The notes beneath the pieces were generated by a model, which saw only the letters and a list, made by a program, of their open reading frames with translations, did not search any database and was not told where the DNA came from. From assembly GCF_022045235.1 (NCBI RefSeq), contig NW_027266297.1, positions 44,950,001 to 45,014,000 on the forward strand: a DNA stretch of 64,000 nt. Reading direction: 5' to 3'. This document shows positions 49,360 to 62,500 of the stretch, in pieces (position 1 is the first letter of the stretch; each line of letters begins with the position of its first letter). Origin of the DNA: Haliotis cracherodii (Eukaryota). Made by a program: the position numbers and the translations under genes.

Positions 49360-52310
49360 AAACAAGTAGCGTGACGTCGAGAAGACAGTTGGAGTGACGT
49401 TGAGGAGACAGGGAGTGTGACGCAGAGGAGACAGGTGCGTGACGTTGAGGAGACAGGTATCGTGATGTCGAGAAGACAGGTACCGCGACGTCGAGAAGAC
49501 AGGTATCATGACGTCGAGAAGAAGGTATTGTGACGCGAGAAGACAGGTAGCATGACGTCGAGAACACAGGTATCGTGACGTCGAGAAGACAGGTATCGTG
49601 ACATCAAGAAGACAGGTGGTATGACGCTGAGGAGACAGGGAGTGTGACGTTGAAGAGACAGGGAGTGTGATGTTGAAGAGACAGGGAGTGTGACGTCGAG
49701 AAGACAGGTATCGTGGGGTTGAGGAGACATGGAGTGTGACGTTGAGGAGACAAGTATCGTGGGGTTGAGGAGACATGGAGTGTGACGTTGAGGAGTCGGG
49801 GAGTGTGACGTCGAGAAGACGTATCGTGGGGTTGAGGAGGCATGGAGCGTGACGTTGAGGAGACAAGTAGCGTGGGATTGAGGAGACATGAAGTGTGACG
49901 TTGAGGAGACAAGTAGCGTGGGGTTGTGGAGACATGGAGTGTGACGTTGAGGGGACATGGAGAGTGACGTTGAGGAGACATGGAGAGTGACGTTGAGGAG
50001 ACATGGAGAGTGACGTTGAGGAGACAAGTATCGTGGGGTTGAGGAGACATGAAGTGTGACGTTGAGGGGACATGGAGAGTGACGTTCAGGAGACATGGAG
50101 AGTGACGTTGAGGAGACAAGTAGCGTGTGGTTGAGGAGACAGGTATCGTGGGGTTGAGGAGACATGAAGTGTGACTTTGAGGAGATATGGAGAGTGACGT
50201 TGAGGAGACATGGAGAGTGACGTTGAGGAGACAAGTAGCGTGTGGTTGAGGAGACATGGAGAGTGACGTTGAGGAGACAGGTATCGTGGGGTTGAGGAGA
50301 CATGGAGAGTGACGTTGAGGAAACATGAAGTGTGACGTTGAGGAGACATGGAGAGTGACGTTGAGGAGACAAGTAGCGTGACGTTGAGGAGACAAGTAGC
50401 GTGACGTTGAGGAGACATGGAATGTGACGTTGAGGAGACATGGAGAGTGACGTTGAGGAGACAAGTAGCGTGACGTTGAGGAGACAGGTATCGTGGGGTT
50501 GAGGAGACATGAAGTGTGACGATGAGGGGACATGGAGAGTGACGTTGAGGAGACATGGAGAGTGACGTTGAGCAGACAAGTAGCGTGGGGTTGAGGAGAC
50601 ATGGAGAGTGACGTTGAGGAGATATGGAGAGTGACGTTGAGGAGACAAGTAGCGTGTGCTTGAGGAGACATGGAGAGTGACGTTGAGGAGACATGAAGTG
50701 TGACGTTGAGGAGACATGAAGTGTGACGTTGAGGAGACGAGTAGCGTGTGGTTGAGGAGACAGGTATCGTGGCGTTGTGGAGACATGGAGAGTGACGTTG
50801 AGGAGACAAGTAGCGTGACGTTGAGGAGACAAGTAGCGTGACGTTGAGGAGACATGGAGAGCGACGTTGAGGAGACAAGTAGCGTGACGTTGAGGAGACA
50901 AGTAGCGTGGGGTTGAGGAGACAGGTATTGTGGAGTTGAGGAGACATGAAGTGTGACGTTGGGGAGACAAGTAGCGTCACGTTGAGGAGACATGGAGAGT
51001 GACGTTGAGGAGACATTGAGAGTTACGTTGAGGAGGCATGAAGTGTGACGTTGAGGAGACATGGAGAGTGACGTTGGGGAGACAAGTAGCGTGGGGTTGA
51101 GGGGACATGGAGGGTGACGTTGAGGAGACATGGAGAGTGACGTTGAGGAGACATGGAGAGTGACGTTGGGGAGACAAGTAGCGTGACGTTTAGGAGACAT
51201 GGAGAGTGACGTTGGGGAGACAAGTAGCGTGGAGTTGAGGGGACATGGAGGGTGACGTTGAGAAGACAGGTATCGTGGAGTTGAGGAGACAGGTGGCGTG
51301 ATGTCGAGATGACAGGTATCGTGGGTTTGAGGAGACAGCTGGCGTGATGTCGAGAAGATGTAGAGGGATGTCGAGAGAACGGGGGATGGAGGGATGTCGA
51401 GAGGACGGGGAGAGGAATGTCGAGAGGACGGGGGATAGAGGGATGTCGAGAGGACGGGGGGTAGAGGAACGTCGAGAGGACGGAGGTTAGAGGGATATCG
51501 AAAAGACGGGGGATAGGGGGATGTCGAGAGGACCAGGGATAGAGGGATGTCGAGAGGAAGGGGAGAGGAATGTCGAGAGGACGGGGGTTAGAGGGATGAA
51601 GAGAGGACGGGTAGGGGATGTCGAGAAGACGGGGATAGGGACATCGAGAAGAAGGGTAGGGGATGTCGAGAGGACGGGTAGAGGGACATCGAGAGGACGG
51701 TTAGGGGATGTCGAAAAGACGGGCATAGGGACATCGAGAAGAAGGGTAGGGGATGTCGAGAGGACGGGTAGAGGGACGTCGAGAGGACGGGTAGGGGATG
51801 TCGAGAAGACGGGTAGAGGGACGTCGAGAGGACGGGTAGGGGATGTCGAGAAGACGGGTAGGGGATGTCGAGAGGACCAGGGATAGAGGGATGTCGAGAG
51901 GAAGGGGAGAGGAATGGGGTTAGAGGGATGAAGAGAGGACGGGTAGGGGATGTCGAGAAGATGGGGATAGGGACATCGAGAAGAAGGGTAGGGGATGTCG
52001 AGTGGACGGGTAGAGGGACATCGAGAGGACGGTTAGGGGATGTCGAGAAGACGGGGATAGGGACATCGAGAAGAAGGGTAGGGGATGTCGAGAGGACGGG
52101 TAGAGGGACGTCGAGAGGACGGGTAGGGGATGTCGAGAGGACGGGTAGGGGATGTCGAGAGGACGGGTAGAGGGACGTCGAGAAGACGGGGAGAGGGACA
52201 TCCAGAAGAAGGGTAGGGGATGTCGAGAGGACGGGTAGCTGGACGTCGAGAGCACGGGTAGGGGTCGGCTAGAGGACGGGTAGCTGGACGTCGAGAGGAC
52301 GGGTAGGGGG
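49360..52310. repeat. Compound ~23-bp purine-rich minisatellite (GTGACGTTGAGGAGACATGGAGA grading into GATGTCGAGAGGACGGGTAGAGG)
   Basis: Tandem units with a variant switch near 51350; explains the 290-564-aa ORFs. Confidence 0.95.
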
Positions 52311-52392
52311 ACTTCGATATGTTACGCATATTTTGTGTGTGAACTGCAACGGGTTGTGAACAGTAATATTTCAAGAAATAGTTGAAATAGCT

Positions 52393-52552
52393 GAGTGAGT
52401 ATGGTTTTACGCCGCTTTTAGCAATATTCCAGCAATATCACGGCGGGGGACACCAGAAATGGGCTTCACACATTGTACCCATGTCGGGAATCGAACCCGG
52501 GTCTTCGGCGTGACGAGCAAACGCTTTAACCACTAGGCTACCCGACCGCCCC
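52393..52552 (-). mobile_element. tRNA-derived SINE (family 1)
   Basis: Reverse complement nearly identical to 13013-13187 and 41462-41627. Confidence 0.92.
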
Positions 52553-52742
52553 GACAACAAATGAAAGAATGTAAAGAAATAAAAAAAAAATTAAAGCGTA
52601 ACACATTTCAGTAGGAGTTGAAGATGCAATATATGGAAACATAACGATTATATTTCTAAATATATTATAGTTTAGTCTTCAATAGTAACACGGGTAGCTG
52701 TAGCCGAGTATGCACAGATGAATTTTGTGCGATATATACTTA

Positions 52743-53769
52743 CGAGAGCTGGCTGAAAAGTTCTAAGCCTAACTGTGTAAGACCCGTACCAAGTCGATGG
52801 TTTTCATTTATTCTCCACATAGTCCAATTCCAGGTTTACACACAGTTGCCAGTGATGCTGCAAGGCCTGGATGCCGGTCAAGAAGAAATTGTCTTCCGCC
52901 ACCCTAAAAAAGTCACTCACAGTAATAATGACGTCATCATTACTATGAAAATGGCGACCGGCTAGTTTTGGGAAACAGGTGGAAGTCTGACGGGGCCAAA
53001 TCGGGTGCACAAGGAGGATGGTCAATGAGATCGAAGCCACAATCATGGATCGCTGACATGGCAACCACCGATTTATGAACAGGAGCATTGTCTTGGTGGA
53101 ACAGGACTCCTTTAGTCAGCATTCCCCGTCGCTTAGCTTTGATAGCTTCACGCAACTGTCTCAGTAGGTCAGCATGATATCTTCCATTGATAGTCTGACC
53201 TTTTTCAAGATAGTCAATCAGCAGAATACCCTTGGAATCCCAAAAGACCGAAGCCATCACCTTTCCAACAGAAGGAACCGACTTTGCTTTTTGGGGGGGC
53301 TGGTGATTCCGGGTGTGCTCTCATGAGAGATGCCCACAACACTGGCAATATGTCGAGTGGTCAATCGTCAATCAGCCATCACCATGTCATGCACCCGGGT
53401 AATGTTTTCCGGAATATTTGCTGTTGGAGGCCTTCCTGGACGCGGGTCATCGCCAAGGCTCTCTCTGCCACGCTTGAATTCCGTAGCCCACTACAGAGAA
53501 AAGGAAGGGGTATCATCCCCTAACATGGAGGCCATGTCAGCATGTATCTGTGTTGAAGTTGATGACTGCCCTATAGCCAGTTTTGTCCATTTCTGGTGAT
53601 TTCAATGGGTAGGTTCACAAGATGGTCTGGTACAAAGACAATAATAACACTACAATTGCAGTTCTTATGTCTATGATTCATTAAATGATTGTACTTGTTG
53701 GTGGCAAAAATTTGTTTCAATCCGATTGAGATATCCCACTTAGGCTTAGAACTTTTCAGCCAGCCCTCG
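52743..53769 (-). mobile_element. Internally deleted mariner transposon (pseudogenised transposase)
   Basis: ~30-bp TIRs CGAG(A/G)GCTGGCTGAAAAGTTCTAAGCCTAA with TA at both sides; protein MASVFWDSKGILLIDYLEKGQTING..Y...LFHQDNAPVH...HPP.APDLAPSDFHLF; frameshifts. Confidence 0.95.
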
Positions 53770-53797
53770 TACCTTATTTTAAAATAAGATATTAAAG

Positions 53798-54013
53798 TGA
53801 GTGAGTGAGTGACGTTTAACGCCGCTTTTAACAGTATTCCAGTATACCACTTCGGTGAAACCCACGAGCACGGGTATGGTGCTGACAAACCTAGAAACAT
53901 AATCGGGGCGAACCGGGATTCGAACCAACAATCATAGGTTTCTGGCGTGCCCAAGGGACGCAACTCTGCACAGCGAATCGCGGCGCCTTAGACGACTGGG
54001 CCACCCGTGCCCC
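53798..54013 (-). mobile_element. tRNA-derived SINE (family 2) with 13-bp TSD
   Basis: A box TGGCCCAGTCG, B box GGTTCGAATCC, (CACT)n tail; TSD TAAGATATTAAAG at 53785-53797 and 54014-54026. Confidence 0.9.
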
Positions 54014-54665
54014 CTAAGATATTAAAGACAACATAAGCTTAAAAGTGCGCTTAAGGACGTAGACCTTCAAAGCGTTTTGCTTATTCTGTACAGTTATCTC
54101 CTGATTGCTAGCTGCATCAGTGAGACCCTTGTTTGCTATATCTAAATGAGGATTCCTAATACATGAATCAATGGTAAATCTCATCCTAATCATCAACGAC
54201 AGGGCTCTCTTGTCAGTTACTCCGTACGCCCTATGGACATGCAAATAGAGCATGGCCAACTCCCTGCAGCGTTTACAAACCACGGAGCAAATACGTCCAT
54301 GGTGACAATAAAAAAAGATATAAAAATATATAGCTAACTTTATTGATCGCATATAACATTTGATAAATTGTTTCTATTAATAGGTGACGATGCAAACATC
54401 TGTTTGATAGAAGTGGATAATGGTTGGATTGTTCAGTCAAAGGGTTCAGTCGATTATTGCCTCATCTTCGCCAGTATGCAGTTCATTCAATATCAACTTG
54501 TAATGTAAGATAATATAAACATAACAGGTAGTTTTGTTTTGATCAGTAATCCTAAATGAAATCAATAAAATGTCTCTTGAGATTGTATCTACTTTCAGTT
54601 TAGCATCGGTGATTTAGTTGTATGACACTGTTAACGTTGATATATCACTCCGCCCTTGTGTTGTC

Positions 54666-57600
54666 CTATGCATTGAAATGCCGCAGTAATTGAGCAGTGA
54701 AAGCAAGAAACAACACAGCCCTCTCCTGACCGTGGTTTGTCGCTGTTGAACCATATGGATAGACGGATATGGTCTGTCGGGCAGGACAATAGCTGTACAT
54801 TCTAGTGCTATTCTGACTTGAATCATAAACAGTGTTACTCTGCACATTGGCCCAGAAGATGTCGCGCCTCTTCACTATGGTTGCCCTGCAATTGTAAAAA
54901 AATCATTTTCTGAGTACTCACGGAATTGGATGTTAGAACGTTCAGAGCTGTGACATGAACTGCCTCAAAACTGAACAGCCCGAGATACACAACTTCCCGC
55001 ACACGTGGTGGTATCCAGGTTATTAATTCCACCCGTTATGTGATACACGAGCAGATAGGTAGAATTGCCTTCCCCTATACAAATGTTGGTAAGAACAATC
55101 CTTTATCAGATGTTGTCCTCGTGTGTGTTAATACCCGAGTTATTGACTCACAGTGGTCGGACTTCTGCCTTTCTCACAGCAGTATGTCACGCATATATAT
55201 ACGGTACAGTCACGCATATATACGGTACAGTCACGCACATCTGAGGCTTGTATATGCAGGAATACTCTGCATTTTCAAGAAATAATAATTTAACGTATTT
55301 TGCAAACTCTACATTGGCTTTCGCTGAAACAGGGCAAGTGTTTTGGACAGGGACAGTGGGGTCTCTAGCAAGCGAAAACTCATAAAAAGAAATGAAAACG
55401 ACACAAGATTACCTCAGTCGAGATGAAATCATAACTGGGTCCCTATTTCTAGTTCACTAAAAGGAGGATATATTTTTAAGTACATTTACTAAACACGTAG
55501 GTTTCACTCGAACAGATATCGTTGATACTATGCACACTAGTTGATGAAGGTTACACAACTCATCAAGTTGTGCATACTCTAAAAACACTTAACACAGGAT
55601 CTCAGGATCTAAGGATCCATGTGAACATTAAGCCAAAATAGGTTTCCAGCACCCTATGTTTGCCAAAGGAAAGCAGACTACAATGTGCGACCTGGCAGAT
55701 TGTGTGTCATCCTACCCGATGGTGTGGACCTTGATCGCGTGATCTACCTCTGCTGTGTATGGCCGAGACAATTTCGGACCGTGATCCAACTGAAATAGTC
55801 ACTCCGATGATATGCAGCACTTACTGAAAGTAGACGTCTCCTCCATTGGGGTTCCTCCAGGTAACAGTGACTGATGTCTTCCTACTGGGGCTGGTGTGGG
55901 AAACAGCGTTCTGCAATATCAGGAACAGTCACTTTAACCACTCAAGTGTTTCCATTTCAACCATACAAGTAAAATTAAATAATAGACATCAGCCCAAACA
56001 TGTTTTTGAATACTCGATTTCTTAACAATGTCTTCATTTAGCTGTGATGATTACAGCAGCATGCAAGAGTCGTTCCAACTTCTAAACATGTTAAAACCTC
56101 TAACGGAAAAGAAACGCTTTCAGGACGTAAAACACGTTGCACAGTGCAATAGGTACTTCACTGCCGTAGTAAATTAAAGAATAGGTATGAACAATGTTTG
56201 TATTTGTATGGAAAATGTTAGAACTGGCGCATTTCAGACGTTATGGAAATGAAATTTGGGGATCTTCATTCAGAGAAAGTATAGAAAAAGTCCAAAGATT
56301 TTTTTCAAGAGATATCGATTAATCAGTAGTAAAGCATCCTCTAATACTGTTCTTGGTGAGTTTCATTGTTATCATCTAAGTGTTAATTATTTCAGTGTAT
56401 TGGTGTAGGCTAATACGCATGAATTCCAATGGACTTCCACTTGTTTGTTATCAAAAGATGATAATGGTAGGGTTAATTTTGCATCTCATGTGAGAATGCT
56501 TTAGTTTAAACAAGGCTTTGATTATGCTTGGATATCCGGATTGTGGAGATATACGTTACTTTATGGAAATAAGAGAAAATGTATTGACATTGATGTGCAG
56601 AACGGGAGTCAAAGTATTAGCAAGTCTATGTTCTTAAACCATTAATTGTCTTATAAAGCACTGCTAGAAACTGATAAAGATCAATTAGACTATTGGCGAA
56701 ATTTGGATGTTTAGCACATGATTAAAACATACAAAAACAGCGTTTTAGCAAACCGTGACCTCTCTAACTGGCTGAACCAGGTGCAAGGTCACATTTTAGT
56801 TATATTAGCAGGTTGTGTCTTATCTTTTCAGGTTATTGCAGAAAATCCAGTTTAAATGTAGATTAGCGTAAAGGAGAAAAACACTGAGGATTCAGACAGT
56901 GGTTGTGGCAAAACCATGCTTCAGGTTTCATATGTATCTTTATTCCACAATAACAATCATGTACACGTTCTTACGTCTTGAAATAACATAAGCGTCTACA
57001 TTGCTTCCCCCAGTCATTCGTTGATTTGCAATACGTACATTTGAGATCGGCCCCATGCATGTCATGCTCTGGGTGTTGGAGTCCAAAGGGCCAACAAAGA
57101 AACCCCTGGCAACGGTTGAGGACATGCAGTCAGCGCTATGTGCCTGGAGGAAAAACCCTTGAAAGTATGGATGATCCGTGTTCGTTGTTGATATGGTAAC
57201 TGAAACAATCATTATCAGCCACAATGTAGACGGTGTCATATGAAATCATTACATTTTATATAATTAGCCATCTTGATTTCGCGGGACTACATGTACACAA
57301 GAGTTTTTATATGAAATAATGCAGTAGGCCATAATATTTTATAATATTACATCATGTAATGTTTAGTGTTATCTTTGCGAAAAACCAGTGCGATAAATTT
57401 TATGTCACGACCCGAGAAATATGCAAATGAGTACAGCGAGCAGGAACTACTTGTGGGCCCCGTACATCGATGCAGTGTCTGCTTGATCAGTAACTGATTG
57501 ACTAACATTTGCAACAAGTTTAGGTGGGAGTTTCCTGATGCGTGGGTCATTCTGTAGACAGCCCTGACTGTAAATAATTTGGTGCTATATGATAAACGGG

Positions 57601-60001
57601 TCTGTTCACGCATACATTGTATTCATTTTAACCATTAAACGGTTTCTAAAGTTACTTCTTGGAGTGACAAAACGTCGATCATTTTAGAATGATGTTATAT
57701 GATAAAAGAAGTATTACATTCGTGTATTTCTGTATGGTAAATATCATACGTTAGACATAAGTATAAGTTTGACGGTTTAAAATAAGCGTAAACAACAACA
57801 AACAAAAAAACAAATAAATAAAACGAAAAAGAACCCCAAACAAATCTCTTGTCAATCTCATTAAAAATAGATCTCAGTGCTCGCTACCGCTAAACAAAGA
57901 TCTGAGGACATCCTGTCACAGCTTACGTCAGCACGACCATTCACCCGACCTTCAGCAAGTACGAAGTGGTCTCAATCTCATTAAAAGCAGTCGCTAAACA
58001 AAGATCTGAGGACATCGCATTAAGCGTCACGTCAAAACGACCTATCATCCAACCAATCAGCACTTACCAGATCATGAAAGTGTTTTCTAATCATGCAACC
58101 ACGAAATATTTAACATTGAGTATTCCGAACGACAGTTACGGGTTTTATGATCATATCAATACAATCTAGGTCATCTATAAGCCATTCCAGAATATTCTTC
58201 TTATCAGTTTTAATTTTTTTAATTGAGAATACGTCAAAATATGTTTCGAAGCGAAGTAACCAGTTTGAAAGTAGTGTCGTAAAGCTCGAGAAAACTGCCT
58301 TCTGATTGGCTAATGTCGATTTCTTGTCGGTCATTTCATTGGTCGGTCAAAATTCGCGAAAGGTCGTGCTGACCTGACCCGTAATGGGATGTCCTCAGAT
58401 CTTTGATTAGCGGTAGCGAAAACTCAGACCTGATTTTGATGAGATTGGAAGTGGTCTCTAATTATCCTATCTTGAAAGTGTCAACGCTGTACGACTGTTT
58501 CCTTCAAAATCACCGTCTATATCTCGCTTGAATTGGATAAACATTTGAAACGGATGAGACTTTCCAATAGCACGCGGGAAGTACTGCCATACAATCTCGG
58601 CCATCTATTAGACATTTCAGAATTTTCTTCTGTTCAATTTTCAAATTTTGAATTGAGAGCTCTTTCAAAATTTTTCTCAAGGCAACGTTTAGAATGAAAG
58701 CCGCCATTTTGAACTAGCACCGTAAAGCTCAAGAATTATGCTTATTGATTGGTTAATGTTGACGTCGTCTTACTCATTTCATTAGTCGGTCAATGTTCGC
58801 GAAAGGTCATTCTGTCGTAACCCTTAATGGGATGCCCTCAGATCTTTGCGTTGGCGTAGCGTGTACAAAGATCTGATTTTAATTAGATTGATTTCAACGG
58901 TGATCAACTTCAACGGTGATTTTGTATGCCGAATTTTAAAAATAACCGTACAGCTGTGTACTAGCCAATAAGACACACAATCTCTGGATGGCGTGTAATA
59001 AAATGTCCTATCAACTTAACTAGGCAAGATTAGTGTATATGATAGGTGATAAAGTGGCTACCGCTCACCGGTAATGTTGTCGTCGGTGGGTGTGTAGCTA
59101 GGGTTGTCAACAGTGATCACATAGGGCGGGGCACTCATCTGGGCATCAGCCCCGTGGTGAGGGAACATGTCTCCACACGCCGACAGAGGAGGCCCGGTGC
59201 TGTATCCCTGTGTCAGATGCAGGGAACAAATGGCCAACACAACTGCAACAATCTGAAATAGATTCATCATTTAAAATGTGACCATATTACTGATCTAAAA
59301 ACGGCAAACAAATCCGTCCGAAGACAAAATTACAGAAACGTGTAGATACACGAAACAATGCATTGAGGTTTCATCGTGTTAAACAGAAAAGAGACATCTC
59401 TTCGAGGAACAAGTGTTTCTACTGATAAATTGCCAAACCGTGCTTAGAAGAACAACGTCATGAGGTTTAAGCTGGTCAACCAGTCCAGACTTAATGGTTA
59501 CCAGGCAAGAGTAGCACAGCCCTGACGTATTGCTAAGTAACTGTTTTAAGTATTACAACACTGAGTTGACATACGTCACACCTATATGGTTAGGGTTCCA
59601 ATTATTTTATTTGTCTTACATATACAAACAACATCAATATTCATGTCAATTACATAAATTCATGTTTGCTTGTTGTTTAACGCCGCACTCAGCAACAATC
59701 CAGCTATAGACGGCGGTCTGTAAATAATTGAGTCTGGACCAGACAATCCAGTGATTGACATCATGAGCATCGACCCACGCAATTGGGATACGATGACATG
59801 CATCACCCAAGTCAGCATTCACGGGTCTATAAATTCATGTACAAAACAAATGTAAGTTAGTCGCACTGGACTCGGAGTTGTTTGTAGAATACCTCATTAA
59901 GTAATCAGCCGAAACACTGACGTGAGTTAGATATATGTTATAGCTTTTACGAATATTTTTCACTTACATTTAAATAACCATAAAACATGTACCTGAAACA
60001 T
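54666..60001 (-). CDS. Reeler-domain protein, divergent paralogue E, ~219 aa. Exons 60001-59993 (MFQ; alternative start ATG at 59270), 59252-59069, 57199-57039, 55910-55825, 54885-54666
   Basis: IVAVVLAICSLHLTQG-YSTGPPLSACGDMFPHHGADAQMSAPPY; YFQGFFLQAH...GFF...MTC; NAVSHTSPSRKTSVTVTWRNP; QATIVKRRDIFWANVQS. Same intron phases as A-D. Confidence 0.88.
57853..58890. mobile_element. Nested AcademH-like non-autonomous elements with RecQ-helicase fragment; inner copy 57973-58447
   Basis: Two left ends CAATCTCATTAAAA...CAAAGATCTGAGGACATC and two matching right ends; inner copy flanked by 10-bp TSD GAAGTGGTCT; ORF 58510-58707 LKIEQKKILKCLIDGRDCMAVLP resembles a RecQ N-terminus. Confidence 0.7.
59665..59828 (-). 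mobile_element. SINE (family 3) fragment
   Basis: TGTTTAACGCCGCACTCAGCAA...CTGTAAATAATTGAGTCTGGACCAGACAATCCAGTG. Confidence 0.8.
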
Positions 60002-62379
60002 TTCGCTGAGAGTAGATGTCGGCTAGCTTTGGTTAGCTTTGGCAGTCTGTATTCTCGCACAGTGAATCATAAACTGATTTAAGAATAAGTCTCTCGAGAG
60101 AATGGGGAGATATCAAGCTTAACTACACGATTATATAGATCGAGTAACAACTTTGTCGTCGTCAAACACACTTCGTATCAAATTGTAATGTAACCTAACG
60201 CCGATAGAAGCACATATTGACAAGTCATGGAATAGCAGTATATTGCGCCATCGTGAAAATAGACACGCCAAAGTACAAAAGTCATCATGATGAACAACAA
60301 CACTGTCCGTGTCTGGCGCTCCGCGGCTCTTTCACCCAGTGGTGAGACTCTATCACCACTCCCCCGTATTGCGACATCCTGTGACGCTTAAACATGCGTG
60401 TTTAAGCATATTTCATTTCCACAATTTACAGGAAAATGGGATTAAAAACAAGCAAACAAGTTTATGTTAAAACCTCTCCAAGACAACATAAAACTTCCAA
60501 TTATTATATGCAGACACATGTGTTGTGATATGGTAAGACTGGTCAGCTGTATACCTTTTGTGAAGCATGTCGTGTGTATATGTAGACGACATCACAAGGT
60601 CACACGGTTTGAGAAACAGCATCCGGTGGAAGTTGACATTGAAAATCTACCCACGATAATGTAATCAAAAGAAACAACGCGCAGTTTGACCAGATGCGGT
60701 ATTGTTGAATCATCTTATAAAACATAATGATCTTGGTAATTCATTTAAAATATACCTCATAAACAAGGTGTAGTATAATGTTGATAGGACAGTTCGTGAA
60801 ATGTACAAATTTCGTGTGAAATGTGTGTACAAAATAACCGCAATTCTACACTGTAATGAGATCCTACATTAATATGTGTCCTGCCCCATCATTTTCAAAG
60901 CATTCAGATAACTGGAGGATTGTATTTAAAATCTAAACATGTTGAAAGTGTAAATATAACTTAACATTTATGAATATGTCATCGCGTTTTAGATTTGAAG
61001 TTTCGCCAAGGTTGATACAACAATGTCTTAATGAGCTAGAACCTTTCAAATATGTACCTCTCGACAGCCAATGACCTATGCCAGCTTCTGCTTTTACTAA
61101 AGCAAAAATAACAACATTATCATCATCATCTACTTCTTTTTGTTCTTCTTCATCATCAGCAGCAGCAACAGCAGCAGCACCATCTATGTCATCTTCACCA
61201 TCACCATCATCACCATTCTCATTATTATTATTGATTAAGTGAGAGATCACTTAAAGACAGTATTAGATTCAAACTTTCTTTGCTGAAGTATATATGATTG
61301 TGTTATGATGACACTTCTAAGACGCGTTATAACCAGGTCACTCACTCGTCGCCTCATGAAGGTGACAGACCGATTGATAAGCAGTCCATCATATATAGAT
61401 ATCATATATAGTTATGTATGTAATGCAAACGTACTACAGCGTGTTTTGATTCAGAGAATTTGGGTATGTTATGAGATCTTCGCCTATTTCGTGTGTTTTC
61501 ATCCAAGGCCTGTTCCGATAAGAACACGCGACCCATTGATCCGTTTAGGATTAACACAATCCTTAAAAAGTTTAACGCAAACAATGTTTTTGAATGTGTT
61601 TAATACCCAACCAGTTGACAGTATAGTGAGCGAATATTGCTCTGTATCAAACTCCGTCCTGCAGTATATATACGTAAGAGAAAGTAGACAGCAAATCGTA
61701 TAGTTTGATTTAAATGTGTATCGGTTGATGATACATGCGATGTCGACAATCGAATGATCAGTTCTACAGGCGTGGGCTGCCAACTGACACGCGGAGTAGG
61801 TGTTTCATGTCGATTAACGTTTGGAATGAGTTCATGTACGGTAATATTTCAGTATGTTGAACTTGTGAATGAGTGTACCAGTGTTACGAGAAAAATAGTT
61901 ATGGGGGTATTTAGAAAACAACGCAAGATTGATTTTTGTTTGTATCTTTTAGGGATTTCATTATGAACACTCATACCCATGGGTGACCCAGCACTGATGT
62001 CAGTCATCTGAGCCGCAGTCCGCTGTGCAGTGGTTCGAACCTTTAGCGTGCCTGAATCCGACGATGACCCACTCGTAGATTGTGCTCCATGGTGTATCAG
62101 CACCCACAGGTGCTCACAGTTTTGTCATCGGCACAAGACCTGCCTGTGTTTGGAACTTTCTCCCGTAAACAAAACCTAGGTATTACTGAAACACCTGCGA
62201 CGCTAACCCCAACTCACTCGCACACTGTCAAATTCGAATTGAACAGACAATTATGTTTAAATATTTGCACAATGCGCATGTGAAATGTTTCAACTTTGAT
62301 ACATACACTGCGAGTGGATTACAGCCGAAAAGCAAGATTCATTGCATGTCAACGAAGAGCAGTAAAATCATTTGCTGTT

Positions 62380-62500
62380 GTTGTTGTTTGTTTAACGCCG
62401 CACTAGGCAATATTCCAGCCATATGACGGCGGATTGTAAATAATCGAGTCTGGACCTGACCATCCAGTGAATGACATCATGAGCATCGATCTACGCAAAT
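62380..62500 (-). mobile_element. SINE (family 3) 3' fragment
   Basis: Matches the copy at 59665. Confidence 0.8.

Noticed and set aside
49201-52374. Long Ser/Pro-rich and Gly/Arg-rich ORFs
   Set aside because: 23-bp minisatellite translations.
57526-57535. NF-kB-like sites (GGGAGTTTCC here; GGAATCTCCC at 1826-1835)
   Set aside because: Degenerate 10-mers can occur by chance in 64 kb, and these are not positionally conserved among the paralogues.
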